Shown here one piece after another: positions 46,844 to 55,480 of a DNA stretch of 64,000 nucleotides (position 1 is the stretch's first letter; the number at the start of each line of letters is the position of its first letter). The position numbers and the translations under genes are program-made. The notes below the pieces were generated by a model that was not told the DNA's origin, did not search any database, and saw nothing but the letters and a program-made list of their open reading frames with translations. This DNA is from a virus. Location of the stretch: positions 18,147 through 82,146 of the IMG/VR virus record IMGVR_UViG_3300049002_000006. One strand, 5' to 3'.

Positions 46844-47630
46844 CTTCGTTTATCTCCTCGTCCTCGAAGTCTTCTTTAACTCCGACTTGTCCGCGTTCGT
46901 CTACTTCCTGTCCTTCTTGCAGGTCTGTCAGGGCGGCGTCAGCCTGCCTCCATGTGCTCCACTCTTTTGCTTGTGCGATGTCTGTCGTCCATACCTTCTT
47001 TTGTAAAGTGGACTTTTTCGACAGGAATTCAAGTCCTGGCTTGGCGTCAGGGTCTCGAACTGTCGGATCGAACAGAATGATGAACGGGCCTTGACTAGAC
47101 CTAAGGATCTCACGACGACTCTCGTCATCTACCTCCATCCTCTCATCTTCTTCGTCTTGTTCTTCCTCGTAGTCACTGAGGAGCTTTGTCTCGACTTCTT
47201 CGTCGGTTCTCTCCAGGACTTCAATATCTTCCTGGCAGCTGTCCTTGCCAAGGTAGGCAGACGCCTCTTCTACGTTGTCAGTCCAGATCGGAAACGATTC
47301 GATCCCTTGTTCCGATTCGATAATCCGCCAGCCGGCCAGGAATTCCTTGAACTTCTGTTTGTTCGGGTATCTAACCCCCTTTTGCGGTTGACGCACGATA
47401 ACGTAGGATCTTTCGTCCTTCTCTTTTTTTGGATGATCTTCTTGAATTAGATCGCCGATCTGCTCCGAAATTTTCTGCATCCAGGCGGCACAGCCCTCCT
47501 CGAAGGACGTGAGTCGTGTATTCAGAGCATCGACACACGTCGAGTGGTTGTGTAGTGCTTTCTGGATGTCTCGTAGAGCGTCCGACACCGAAGGCGACCG
47601 CTTCACGGTAGTTTTCTTCTTCTTGGTCAT
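46836..47630 (-). CDS. Hypothetical protein with internal duplication
   Basis: Two EFL...WT....A units separated by an acidic linker. Confidence 0.55.
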   Translation of the reverse strand: MTKKKKTTVKRSPSVSDALRDIQKALHNHSTCVDALNTRLTSFEEGCAAWMQKISEQIGDLIQEDHPKKEKDERSYVIVRQPQKGVRYPNKQKFKEFLAGWRIIESEQGIESFPIWTDNVEEASAYLGKDSCQEDIEVLERTDEEVETKLLSDYEEEQDEEDERMEVDDESRREILRSSQGPFIILFDPTVRDPDAKPGLEFLSKKSTLQKKVWTTDIAQAKEWSTWRQADAALTDLQEGQEVDERGQVGVKEDFEDEEINEDE

Positions 47631-48349
47631 AGAAGTCCCCATCGTTTGTGGTTTTGTTCCGACAGGATGTATCCGTGTTTCATACACGACGCGATGCAGG
47701 CGTCCAGGTTCGCCTTGTTCTTTGCCTCGTCTTGTTCGTCACACGGTTGCACGTATATTGGCCTGTCGTTACCTAGCGGCGGCCGTGCCGGGTATTGTCC
47801 TAGGATTGATTTGGTCGGAAGGCCGTCGTCCAAACTGACCTCACCCGCCCGCATGACGTACTTGTACGCCAGCGTCAGAGGCTTCATCCCTGGATTGATG
47901 CCGGGCGTCTTCGGCGACACGACGACGGTCGAGGTCAGCCAAGAATCGTTATCGAAAGTAGGCAGAACTAAGGTTCCGTTAGATTCGATTTGCAGGTTAT
48001 ACTCATTTTGGCAGAGCAGGGCCGCCAGGGGTCCGATATTTTGCAGAAACGGTTCTCCTCCTGTCAGGACGACTAGAGGATAAGGATACTTGAACGATCT
48101 GGTCGGGGTCAGTCTCTCGATTCGTGTAATGATCCTATCCAGATATAGTGTTCCTTCTTTATTCGAGTAGTCGGTGTCGCAGGCCGGGCATTGCAAGTTG
48201 CAGGACGCGAGTCGGACGAACACAGCCGGATGACCGGTATACGGACCTTCTCCTTGGATTGTGTACCAAATATCGTGTATTTTTAGTCGCCCGTACGGAT
48301 CATACCAGGGCTTCTCGGGCTTCTGCTTGTTGATCTGTTTGAGTTCCAT
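47627..48349 (-). CDS. queE: 7-carboxy-7-deazaguanine synthase (radical SAM)
   Basis: TIQGEG...G.PAVFVRL..CNLQCPACDT, TGGEP, IESNG, SPK. Confidence 0.92.
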   Translation of the reverse strand: MELKQINKQKPEKPWYDPYGRLKIHDIWYTIQGEGPYTGHPAVFVRLASCNLQCPACDTDYSNKEGTLYLDRIITRIERLTPTRSFKYPYPLVVLTGGEPFLQNIGPLAALLCQNEYNLQIESNGTLVLPTFDNDSWLTSTVVVSPKTPGINPGMKPLTLAYKYVMRAGEVSLDDGLPTKSILGQYPARPPLGNDRPIYVQPCDEQDEAKNKANLDACIASCMKHGYILSEQNHKRWGLL

Positions 48350-48357
48350 GTTCTCCT

Positions 48358-48861
48358 CTAGTAGGCGTGGGCACAGCAGTTTTCAGTCTCTATCACACTT
48401 ACGGACCGGATTTTCATCCCCGGCAGGTTGAAAACCGCCTCGGCCTTTTCCTTGATGAGCCGGGCAATGGCTTCCGCCGTCGGTTGGCAGTCCAGAATCA
48501 TCGGCTCGTGATACCCGAAGATCGGGTCTACGTTTGTGCACCCTTGAACCTTTCTGTCTCCTTTGTTTGGGAAGTCGTCCTTCCAATTCAACTGGAGCCA
48601 TTCGCAGTTGAGTAGTTGGGCCAGAGGGTCTTTTTCCCACAGGATGATGTTGTGGTCGAGTCGGTCGTCAATCCAGGCTCCTAACGTCCTTTTCATCTCT
48701 CCGAAGTCAACGACCATTTCGTTGACATTCAGGTTTTCGGAAATGACAGTGACTTCCGTCTTGTACGAATGACCGTGAAGCCTGGAACATTTGCCCGGGT
48801 GGCCGACTAACCTGTGTGCTGCTTCAAACGAGAACTTCCTGGTTACGCCGAACATACTCAT
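48358..48861 (-). CDS. queD: 6-carboxytetrahydropterin synthase
   Basis: FEAAHRL, CSRLHGHSY, VDFG, LDH, PTAE, ET. Confidence 0.92.
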   Translation of the reverse strand: MSMFGVTRKFSFEAAHRLVGHPGKCSRLHGHSYKTEVTVISENLNVNEMVVDFGEMKRTLGAWIDDRLDHNIILWEKDPLAQLLNCEWLQLNWKDDFPNKGDRKVQGCTNVDPIFGYHEPMILDCQPTAEAIARLIKEKAEAVFNLPGMKIRSVSVIETENCCAHAY

Positions 48862-48950
48862 TTCCTTTGGCGTGTTAAACGACGAATGCGGGCCGATCTA
48901 GTGTCAGCCGGGCAAAACGTCGCCGGGTGTGTGATCGGCCGTTAGAAGCG
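48861..48950. repeat. Dispersed quasi-palindromic element, copy C
   Basis: TTTCCTTTGGCG...GGCCGATC(48891)TAGTGTCAG; N34; GATCGGCC(48933). Confidence 0.7.
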
Positions 48951-48976
48951 TGATAATGTGATTTGTGGGCGAAGCC

Positions 48977-49022
48977 GTGAGAGACGGCCGAGTGGCGTGA
49001 GATGCCCCCGGCCGTCTTTCAC
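48977..49022. terminator. Stem-loop downstream of the 49036..49848 gene
   Basis: GTGAGAGACGGCCG...CGGCCGTCTTTCAC. Confidence 0.4.
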
Positions 49023-49035
49023 TTAGACGATTCCG

Positions 49036-49848
49036 TTACTTCTTTGCCGGCTTGAACTTCTTCCCAGTCTCGACGTAGCCCTTGCCGGCCGACTCGCCGT
49101 CCTTGTTCTTCATCTTCACGACCTTGACGTAGCCGAGGCCGACCAGCTTCGACAGGTGCGAGTGGATCCCGCGGGCCGCCGCGACCTCCATGATCTTCGT
49201 CGCCGTCCTGGGCTTGTCGATAATCGCCATGTTGATCCGGTGCGTCCGGGTGCCCTTACCCGGCCCCTTACGGTTACCGAACTTGTCGATCTCGACCGGG
49301 GCCTTCGGCTCCTTCTTCGCCTTGGGTTCTTTGGCTTCCGCCTTACCTTTGCCGGCCTTCGCACCCTTCTTCGTCGGCTTGGCGGCCGGCTCTTCGTCCT
49401 CTTCTTCGGATTCCTCCTCGTCATCGCTCTCGTCAGCTTCCTCATCAGCCTCTTCTTCGGTCTCTTCCTCGTCATCCCCGTCGCTGTCGTCGTCCTGCTC
49501 GACGACTTCCTCTTCGTTTTCGGTCTCTTCTTCCTCTTCTTCCTCGGGCTCTTCGACCTTAGCCGCCTTGCCCTTCTTCCCGGCCGGAGCGGCGACCGCC
49601 TTCGCGGGGGCGGCCTTCTCGACCTCGGCGATTGTGACCTTCTTCTTGTTCCCGAGTTCGGTCACAATCGCCTTGAACAGTTCGCCCAGTTTCTTGTTCC
49701 CCTTGACCTTCTTGAGGATTTGATCTGGGATCTTCTCCGTCCCCAGCTTCGTCAGATTCTCTTCCAGCTTGGCGTTGTCCCACGTCGGGGCCTTCGCCAT
49801 GCCCATTGCGACCATCAGTTCCACTGCATCGGACTTCTTGACCTTCAT
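49036..49848 (-). CDS. Lys/Ala-rich and acidic protein with C-terminal winged helix (nucleoid-associated-like)
   Basis: PAK repeats, D/E tract, DKFGNR...RIN....KPRTATKI......GIHSHLSKLVGLGYV. Confidence 0.6.
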   Translation of the reverse strand: MKVKKSDAVELMVAMGMAKAPTWDNAKLEENLTKLGTEKIPDQILKKVKGNKKLGELFKAIVTELGNKKKVTIAEVEKAAPAKAVAAPAGKKGKAAKVEEPEEEEEEETENEEEVVEQDDDSDGDDEEETEEEADEEADESDDEEESEEEDEEPAAKPTKKGAKAGKGKAEAKEPKAKKEPKAPVEIDKFGNRKGPGKGTRTHRINMAIIDKPRTATKIMEVAAARGIHSHLSKLVGLGYVKVVKMKNKDGESAGKGYVETGKKFKPAKK

Positions 49849-49859
49849 CGCTTGTCCCT

Positions 49860-49940
49860 TTCGAGTCTCGGGCGATCTTATCGCAGGACCCCGCCGGAAA
49901 CACTCTGGCAGACGGGCCTCCGAAATCAATTGTAGCGGGC
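49860..49940. repeat. Dispersed quasi-palindromic element, degenerate copy F
   Basis: GGGCGATC(49870)-N33-GACGGGCC; AATCAATTGTAGCG matches copy B AATCGATTGTAGCG. Confidence 0.45.
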
Positions 49941-49959
49941 GAGGAGTTTGGAGTCGAAT

Positions 49960-50478
49960 TTATTTCGACGGCGGGTAATTCACGCTGCTATATACGGTGC
50001 CATCCATTGTGACGTGCTTCGTGAATCGCCTCTTCTCGCGGCCAAGGAGGGCTTTGAGTCCGTTGATCGAAATGGTCACTTGGCAAGAGGTTGCGTCGAG
50101 GTCGTATTGAATTTGCTCTGCCGTCAGGCGCTTGTCCACCAAGACGTATTCGATCCAGTCTGTCATCTTGTCGTCTGGGTTCGGAACTGGATGGAGGATT
50201 TCGTTTCCGGTAATGCCCTTCGGCTCGGTCATTCCGCCCATGCTCCGGACTAGCTTGCCCAGGTCCTCTTCGACGTTCTTCGCCTCCTCGAGCGCTTTCG
50301 TGTCCTCGTCCAGAGCCGACTTCGAGTTGTCGTACTTCTCCTGAGCCTCGGTTACGTCCTGGATTGCCGCGTCGTACAGGAACTTGAGTCGTTCGATGGC
50401 TTGCTCCCGGAGCGGCCTTCGGTTGAGCGGTTCCTTCGGCTCGAATCCGCCGATACCTGCGAGTCCTTCTTCACTCAT
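49960..50478 (-). CDS. Coiled-coil hypothetical protein
   Basis: ATGA-coupled ORF. Confidence 0.55.
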   Translation of the reverse strand: MSEEGLAGIGGFEPKEPLNRRPLREQAIERLKFLYDAAIQDVTEAQEKYDNSKSALDEDTKALEEAKNVEEDLGKLVRSMGGMTEPKGITGNEILHPVPNPDDKMTDWIEYVLVDKRLTAEQIQYDLDATSCQVTISINGLKALLGREKRRFTKHVTMDGTVYSSVNYPPSK

Positions 50479-51263
50479 TTCTTCCCCTTGAGTTTGAACA
50501 CCTTGGTTCCGTCTTTCAGCTTGCCCCGGACGATTAGTCCTTTAGTTTTCAGGGCCGACAAGTGCGAGCTACTCGTCCTTCCGCACTGCGATTCCTTCTC
50601 GATCTGCCCGGCCGTCTTCCACTTGCTCGTCAGGACCGAGTTGATCTTCGCCGCCCCCGTCCCGATCCGGTAGCCCCACTCGTCTACTTCTTTGGAAGCA
50701 GGTTGTCGATCCGACGACTTCTTGGAGTTCACTCCAGAACTTTTCGCAGGCCGGGCATCGGCAGAAAGGGTCGTCTCTATTGTGTTCCAAAAGTCCTCCT
50801 CTTCGTTCGGGTTGCTGATCTTCGACACCACGGCCCCGGGGGACAGATTCACATACGGATTCGTTGTGCAGTCCTGGTAGCCGCTGATTAGACGGACGTA
50901 AGTCGCACTGCCATACTGATTCAGGACTTCCCCTTGCATATTCCCGGAAGCGAAGAAGGCCCCGATCTTCAACGCCCCGAGGATCGTGCCGATCACCCGA
51001 TGAGTAGGACTTGTGTTACGTTCCGTTTTCGTGTGCAGTACGTCCTGTTCGATGTTGACCTTATCAGGCACGTTTTGCCGGAGTCTGAGTATTTGGGCTA
51101 ACTCGGATTCGTTTGGGAACTTGGGGCTCCGCTTGGCATATTGCCACTCGTTTCCGGACGGCGGGATGCAATACCTGATATTGTTTCGCCACTCGAATCG
51201 AGGTTTCCTTTCTCCTGAAGACTTGACCTTCTTCTTGACCTTCACTTTCAGCTTGGTCTTCAC
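50475..51263 (-). CDS. Protein with C-terminal winged helix paralogous to 49036..49848
   Basis: DEWGYRIG...KIN....KWKTAGQI......G..SSHLSALKTKGLI. Confidence 0.6.
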   Translation of the reverse strand: MKTKLKVKVKKKVKSSGERKPRFEWRNNIRYCIPPSGNEWQYAKRSPKFPNESELAQILRLRQNVPDKVNIEQDVLHTKTERNTSPTHRVIGTILGALKIGAFFASGNMQGEVLNQYGSATYVRLISGYQDCTTNPYVNLSPGAVVSKISNPNEEEDFWNTIETTLSADARPAKSSGVNSKKSSDRQPASKEVDEWGYRIGTGAAKINSVLTSKWKTAGQIEKESQCGRTSSSHLSALKTKGLIVRGKLKDGTKVFKLKGKK

Positions 51264-51574
51264 GCCGGCCCCCTCCACAAAGAGGCCATGAATCGCGGGT
51301 TCCGTCGCATCGCTTCGGCCACGGACTTCTTCGCCCGTTCTTCGGGGATGAGGTCGATCAGTAGTCGGTGCAGATCGAGTGAGAAGTCGAAGTCCCGGCG
51401 GGCCGTCATGAGCCGGATGCGGGCCAGGAGTTTCCTCCGCTCCCTTACTTCCATTGTGACTATTTGACCTTCGGTATAGTATTGGCCGTAGACGTGAAGG
51501 TTATCAAGCCGGACGCCGTCGGGCGTTTTGATTTCGATACTGGCGAACGGAATGTCGTGTTCTACGCGGATCAC
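51260..51574 (-). CDS. Hypothetical protein
   Basis: GTG start 51574 coupled to the upstream small ORF. Confidence 0.45.
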   Translation of the reverse strand: MIRVEHDIPFASIEIKTPDGVRLDNLHVYGQYYTEGQIVTMEVRERRKLLARIRLMTARRDFDFSLDLHRLLIDLIPEERAKKSVAEAMRRNPRFMASLWRGPA

Positions 51575-51735
51575 GGCTTGCCCCCCTTCACGGTGCGAGT
51601 TGTCTTGCAGGTGTAACACTTTAGCTTGAGTGTGTTGTTTGTCTGGAAGCCGTTGTGCCAGCATAAGCGTCGGCACTTCCGGCAGTAGAGTTTCGCCGAG
51701 GCCGGTGTTGGAACGGCCGCCTCAGTTACGGTCAT
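51571..51735 (-). CDS. 54-aa Zn-finger protein (not in ORF track)
   Basis: MTVTEAAVPTPASAKLYCRKCRRLCWH...LKCYTCKTTR; AAAGGGG RBS; GTGA overlap. Confidence 0.5.
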   Translation of the reverse strand: MTVTEAAVPTPASAKLYCRKCRRLCWHNGFQTNNTLKLKCYTCKTTRTVKGGKP

Positions 51736-51748
51736 GATTATGCCCCTT

Positions 51749-51967
51749 TCAGGTTAGAGGACGATTTTGAATCTCGTTCAGGACATCGGGCACGATCTTT
51801 TTGTGGAACAAAGCCACCGCCCGCTTGCGGACCATGTCCCAGATGTCAGTCGGTTTGACTCCTTTCTTCATGTCGGTCCAGACTTCCTGGACGAGTAAAT
51901 CAACTAACTCCTTCCGAATCAGTTGATAGACTTGCCCGTCGGTCGGGGCCGGTAAGTTACGGCCCAC
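51749..51967 (-). CDS. Hypothetical protein
   Basis: ORF in operon. Confidence 0.5.
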   Translation of the reverse strand: MGRNLPAPTDGQVYQLIRKELVDLLVQEVWTDMKKGVKPTDIWDMVRKRAVALFHKKIVPDVLNEIQNRPLT

Positions 51968-52442
51968 TGGACTTCACCTCCAAGCCATGTACCAGTCCCT
52001 TGGCGATGGCTTTGATGTATCGTTTGACGTTGGCGAGGCGTTCCGGTCTGCATTGGGACTGGAGGCGTTCGAGTACGAGTATCTGGAGTTGTTGTTTCCG
52101 GACGGCTTCGGAGTGTCGCTTCTGCATGACGAGCCGGATGACGACGTGTTCGTCCTGGAGTAGTCGCTTGGCTTGTTCGATCTGCTTGGCTTGCGCCGCG
52201 GCTAGCTGCTCGTGGTTCTTTTTGACGTACACAATATACTGTTCGGCATGGCCCATGATGTCGGCGAAGGTCGCACTGAGTTGAAGGACGTGTTGATGGA
52301 GTTCTTGCGTTTTGCCGGACTCGCAGGCGACGCAGGTCAGGAGTTTGTAGTTGCTCAGGTTGTCTGGCGAGAAGAACAGGACTGCCTGGTTGAAATCGTC
52401 GCAGTCGTCGTCGTTCAGGACGAGTTTCGGGAATTCAGACAC
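51957..52442 (-). CDS. Hypothetical protein
   Basis: GTG start after AAAGGGG RBS. Confidence 0.55.
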   Translation of the reverse strand: MSEFPKLVLNDDDCDDFNQAVLFFSPDNLSNYKLLTCVACESGKTQELHQHVLQLSATFADIMGHAEQYIVYVKKNHEQLAAAQAKQIEQAKRLLQDEHVVIRLVMQKRHSEAVRKQQLQILVLERLQSQCRPERLANVKRYIKAIAKGLVHGLEVKSSGP

Positions 52443-52605
52443 GGTTTAGGCCCCTTTCAGGTTTTTGTCGTTTCGGCCCCCGGCCCGCGACGACGGGCGC
52501 AAGTCGGCCACTTTTCACGTTAGCGGCCCCCGGCCGCCCCGTCGCGGGTGTTTCTCGGCATTTTTTCAAGTTTCTTGCCAGGACATTTGCCGTTTCCTGA
52601 GCGAT

Positions 52606-52794
52606 CTACTCTCCGGCGTGACTTTCTACGCCCCGAACTAGATCGTGCGAAGGAGAGCGTTTAATGCGTTTCCTTTTACCGGATTTGAACTGGTCTAGTA
52701 ACTTGTCAGGTGGAGGACACCAATCATACCACGCCAGCGTCGATCCGTCAGGGAGTTCTATCTCATTCCATTCTTCGTAAATGTCCTCGTCCAC
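52606..52794 (-). CDS. Hypothetical protein
   Basis: AAGGAGG RBS. Confidence 0.45.
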   Translation of the reverse strand: MDEDIYEEWNEIELPDGSTLAWYDWCPPPDKLLDQFKSGKRKRIKRSPSHDLVRGVESHAGE

Positions 52795-53046
52795 TTACCC
52801 CTCCTTTACTTCTTCTGCGAATGGGATGTTTTCTAGGTTCTTTTTCAGAACTGCGAACCCGTTTAATAGACGGAACACGTCTATGTACGACCAGTTCCCT
52901 TTCACCCTCAAACTTCCTGAGACATCCATTATGATGTTGTCTTCCAGTCTAGCAAAAGCCTCCTCCGCCTCTTTGACGTGCCAATCTTCTACTTCCTGCT
53001 TAGTCATCTCTTGAAACTTTTTGTAATTGGTTTGGATGATTGTCAT
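52795..53046 (-). CDS. Hypothetical protein
   Basis: ATGA-coupled to helicase. Confidence 0.5.
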   Translation of the reverse strand: MTIIQTNYKKFQEMTKQEVEDWHVKEAEEAFARLEDNIIMDVSGSLRVKGNWSYIDVFRLLNGFAVLKKNLENIPFAEEVKEG

Positions 53047-54476
53047 TCTTGCTCCTTTTCAGTGTAAGTCCGCCAGCACGACCGGACGATCGGCTGATAA
53101 AGGTCTAGGCATTGGGCGACGTACAGCATTCTCCTGGACGAGAACTTGGCGGTCCTAAGGACGGACCAACTCAGCCGGCAGATACTCTCGTCCCGTTCCT
53201 CGTCCTTTTGATTGATACTGACCATCCCATCCACATGAGCATTCTTTCTTTTATCCTCCGAGAAGTTACTCCGGTCGATGACGTCCGCCTTGTACGCGGC
53301 GGCGTTGGTCTGCGTGGCCGTGACCGTCAAGTTATGAAACTCCTGCGACAGGGCCCGGAGCTTCTTCCAGTTGGCATTGATGCCGTCCCGTGATTCACTG
53401 TATCCAGGACTCGGGGCCAAGATGTCGGCGTAGTCAACAATTACCAGGTCTGGGACCCAGCCGCCCCGGCTCAGCGTGGCAACGGTTGATCGGATGTCGG
53501 AAACACCGAGACTGCTATTCGGATGGACGCTTAATTTGAAGTACGAGTCCTTTGATTTGACGGTATCGCCCTTGAATAGTCGAAACGCCTTCCAGGCTTC
53601 CAGTGGGCTGAGGCCGGTCGTGAACTTCTTCCTTTCCCATGTAATCTCCGGAGTTGCCACCTTCTCTTCGCCTTCCACTACGATCTTCGTAGGCCATTGG
53701 ACTTCTTTCGCGTCGAGAGGTTTACGAGCGGTTCGGACTTTGAACCTATCTATTACCTGGTCTCGACTCAGGTCGCCGGCCTCGAAGTACAAGACCCGCC
53801 GCCTCTGGCTGACGGCCCGGTAAGCCAGGTCTTGCAAGAAGAACGATTTCCCGGTCTTATCGGGGGCCTGAAAAGCTATGAAACGGTCCCGGCAAAACGC
53901 TTTCTTGAAAAACTCCCCCGCGGCCCCAGGATACTCGACCAACACCTTACTCTGGTTGACGAAGGACTGGTTGAGTGCAACTCGGTCCTCGAACAAGTCG
54001 ATCAACCCGCCGCTGCCTATTTCGATTCGACTGAACTGGTCTACTCTTTTATGGAAGGCAGCACTATCACCGCCGTCTCGGTCTCCTTGCAGGGCGTCAA
54101 TGAACTTGGCTTCTCGGACTTCGTTGAAGTGTTCGCCGGCCCGGTCGATCACGTAGTCCGGATTGATCTCCTTCTTGAGTCGGACGAATTTGTCGGATAG
54201 GCTACCTAAGTACCTTTCTACGATCTTGACGGTTGCTTGGTCCGATTCTGGCTTTTGTGACCAACTCACGAACAGGCCAGTCACGCTCCTGCCCGGGGCC
54301 TTGCCATACTTGTTGTGGAAGTTAACTGCCCAGCCGCCGACGACGTTGGCCCACGGATTCCGGAATAAGCCGGTTTTGTCCCATTTCGGGGCGATGCGGG
54401 CGACGACGTGATCGTGAGTAATCATTCCGGTCAGGATCTCGTTCTCGACCGATCCGTCGCGTTTACTTACTTTCAT
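53043..54476 (-). CDS. DnaB-like replicative helicase
   Basis: APDKTGKS, PDLVIVDYAD, TATQ.N, SEDKRK..HVD. Confidence 0.88.
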   Translation of the reverse strand: MKVSKRDGSVENEILTGMITHDHVVARIAPKWDKTGLFRNPWANVVGGWAVNFHNKYGKAPGRSVTGLFVSWSQKPESDQATVKIVERYLGSLSDKFVRLKKEINPDYVIDRAGEHFNEVREAKFIDALQGDRDGGDSAAFHKRVDQFSRIEIGSGGLIDLFEDRVALNQSFVNQSKVLVEYPGAAGEFFKKAFCRDRFIAFQAPDKTGKSFFLQDLAYRAVSQRRRVLYFEAGDLSRDQVIDRFKVRTARKPLDAKEVQWPTKIVVEGEEKVATPEITWERKKFTTGLSPLEAWKAFRLFKGDTVKSKDSYFKLSVHPNSSLGVSDIRSTVATLSRGGWVPDLVIVDYADILAPSPGYSESRDGINANWKKLRALSQEFHNLTVTATQTNAAAYKADVIDRSNFSEDKRKNAHVDGMVSINQKDEERDESICRLSWSVLRTAKFSSRRMLYVAQCLDLYQPIVRSCWRTYTEKEQE

Positions 54477-54842
54477 TCAAAAGATCCTGTCTTGGTTGTC
54501 GATTCGGGCGAACAGCATTACGGTCTTTTCTTCTACGACCAGGAATCTGGCCAGCCCCCGGTATAACTTCCCAGAACCGCTTTCAACGAAGTAGACACTA
54601 TTCTCGTCTTCCGAAGGTTGCCATTCAACGCCGAAGGTCCAATTGTTGTCGGCGGCTTGCCCCGGGGCACCTGGGCAAATTCGCTGGTAGATCGTGCCGG
54701 ATAGGTTGTCAGCAAATCGGAAGTACGCCCCGACGGCAATCTCCCCTAGGCGGACGGCAGGTTCGATGTTTCTAGGCACGGTTGACGCTCCTTTTCTTTC
54801 AGGGCCAGGTGTTTTCTGATGGTTTCCACCGTGATCGGACAC
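54477..54842 (-). CDS. Hypothetical protein (start uncertain)
   Basis: ORF abutting helicase start. Confidence 0.45.
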   Translation of the reverse strand: MSDHGGNHQKTPGPERKGASTVPRNIEPAVRLGEIAVGAYFRFADNLSGTIYQRICPGAPGQAADNNWTFGVEWQPSEDENSVYFVESGSGKLYRGLARFLVVEEKTVMLFARIDNQDRIF

Positions 54843-55348
54843 AGGTTATTCTCTTCCAGATAATCGACTAGCACGGCGATGACTGCTTCGTCCTGAGGAT
54901 TTTCTCGGGATTGTCGGACGAACTCGAAAGCCCGCTCCTTTAAGACCTTCGCCTCCTCGCACCAGGTGATGTAGTCCACTCTAGGTTTTAACATACTAGG
55001 ACTATAAGTCAGTAGGAGCTTCACACGGTTATTGACGGCTATCATCCAATCAGTTTGATTCCGGCATATTGAAATATAGTTGTCTCGTAGAAATCCAAAT
55101 CGGACAGATCCTTCTACTTTGAGGGCCAGGGCCAAACTTCTATAAAAAGGACTATCATTCCATCTTAAAGTCCTTATATCTATTCGTGCTCCTTCGTTAC
55201 TGTATTCTTCCACGGCCGAGAACAAGGAACACAAGTCACGGTCACAATGCAACTCCATTACCCTAGCTGTGTCGTCGGATTTCTGATTCGTCCGGACTTT
55301 TAATTCTTCGCCGCAGACCGGACACGGGTACATTATGTTAACTGACAT
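54746..55348 (-). CDS. Zn-ribbon protein with C-terminal TIGR02996-like segment
   Basis: CPVCG; FVRQSRENPQDEAVIAVLVDYLEEN. Confidence 0.55.
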   Translation of the reverse strand: MSVNIMYPCPVCGEELKVRTNQKSDDTARVMELHCDRDLCSLFSAVEEYSNEGARIDIRTLRWNDSPFYRSLALALKVEGSVRFGFLRDNYISICRNQTDWMIAVNNRVKLLLTYSPSMLKPRVDYITWCEEAKVLKERAFEFVRQSRENPQDEAVIAVLVDYLEENNLCPITVETIRKHLALKEKERQPCLETSNLPSA

Positions 55349-55350
55349 TG

Positions 55351-55445
55351 TTTCCTTCGCATTAAATCGATTCTCCCGGCCGATCTATGTCGGGGCGTGA
55401 TTTTGTACGACTAAGACTAGATCGGCTGTCGGAGAGGCATTTAAT
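55351..55445. repeat. Dispersed quasi-palindromic element, copy D
   Basis: GGCCGATC(55378)-N34-GATCGGCT; core CGGGGCGTGATTTTGTACG resembles copy B. Confidence 0.7.
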
Positions 55446-55480
55446 CACGATTGTCCAGCATCTACGTGGGCTCACTCGAA

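Noticed and set aside
46205-48861. folE/queD/queE as auxiliary genes for host tRNA queuosine
   Set aside because: Their linkage to a DpdA-like gene in the replication arm and the absence of queC/queF/queA here favour DNA modification, though this is not proven
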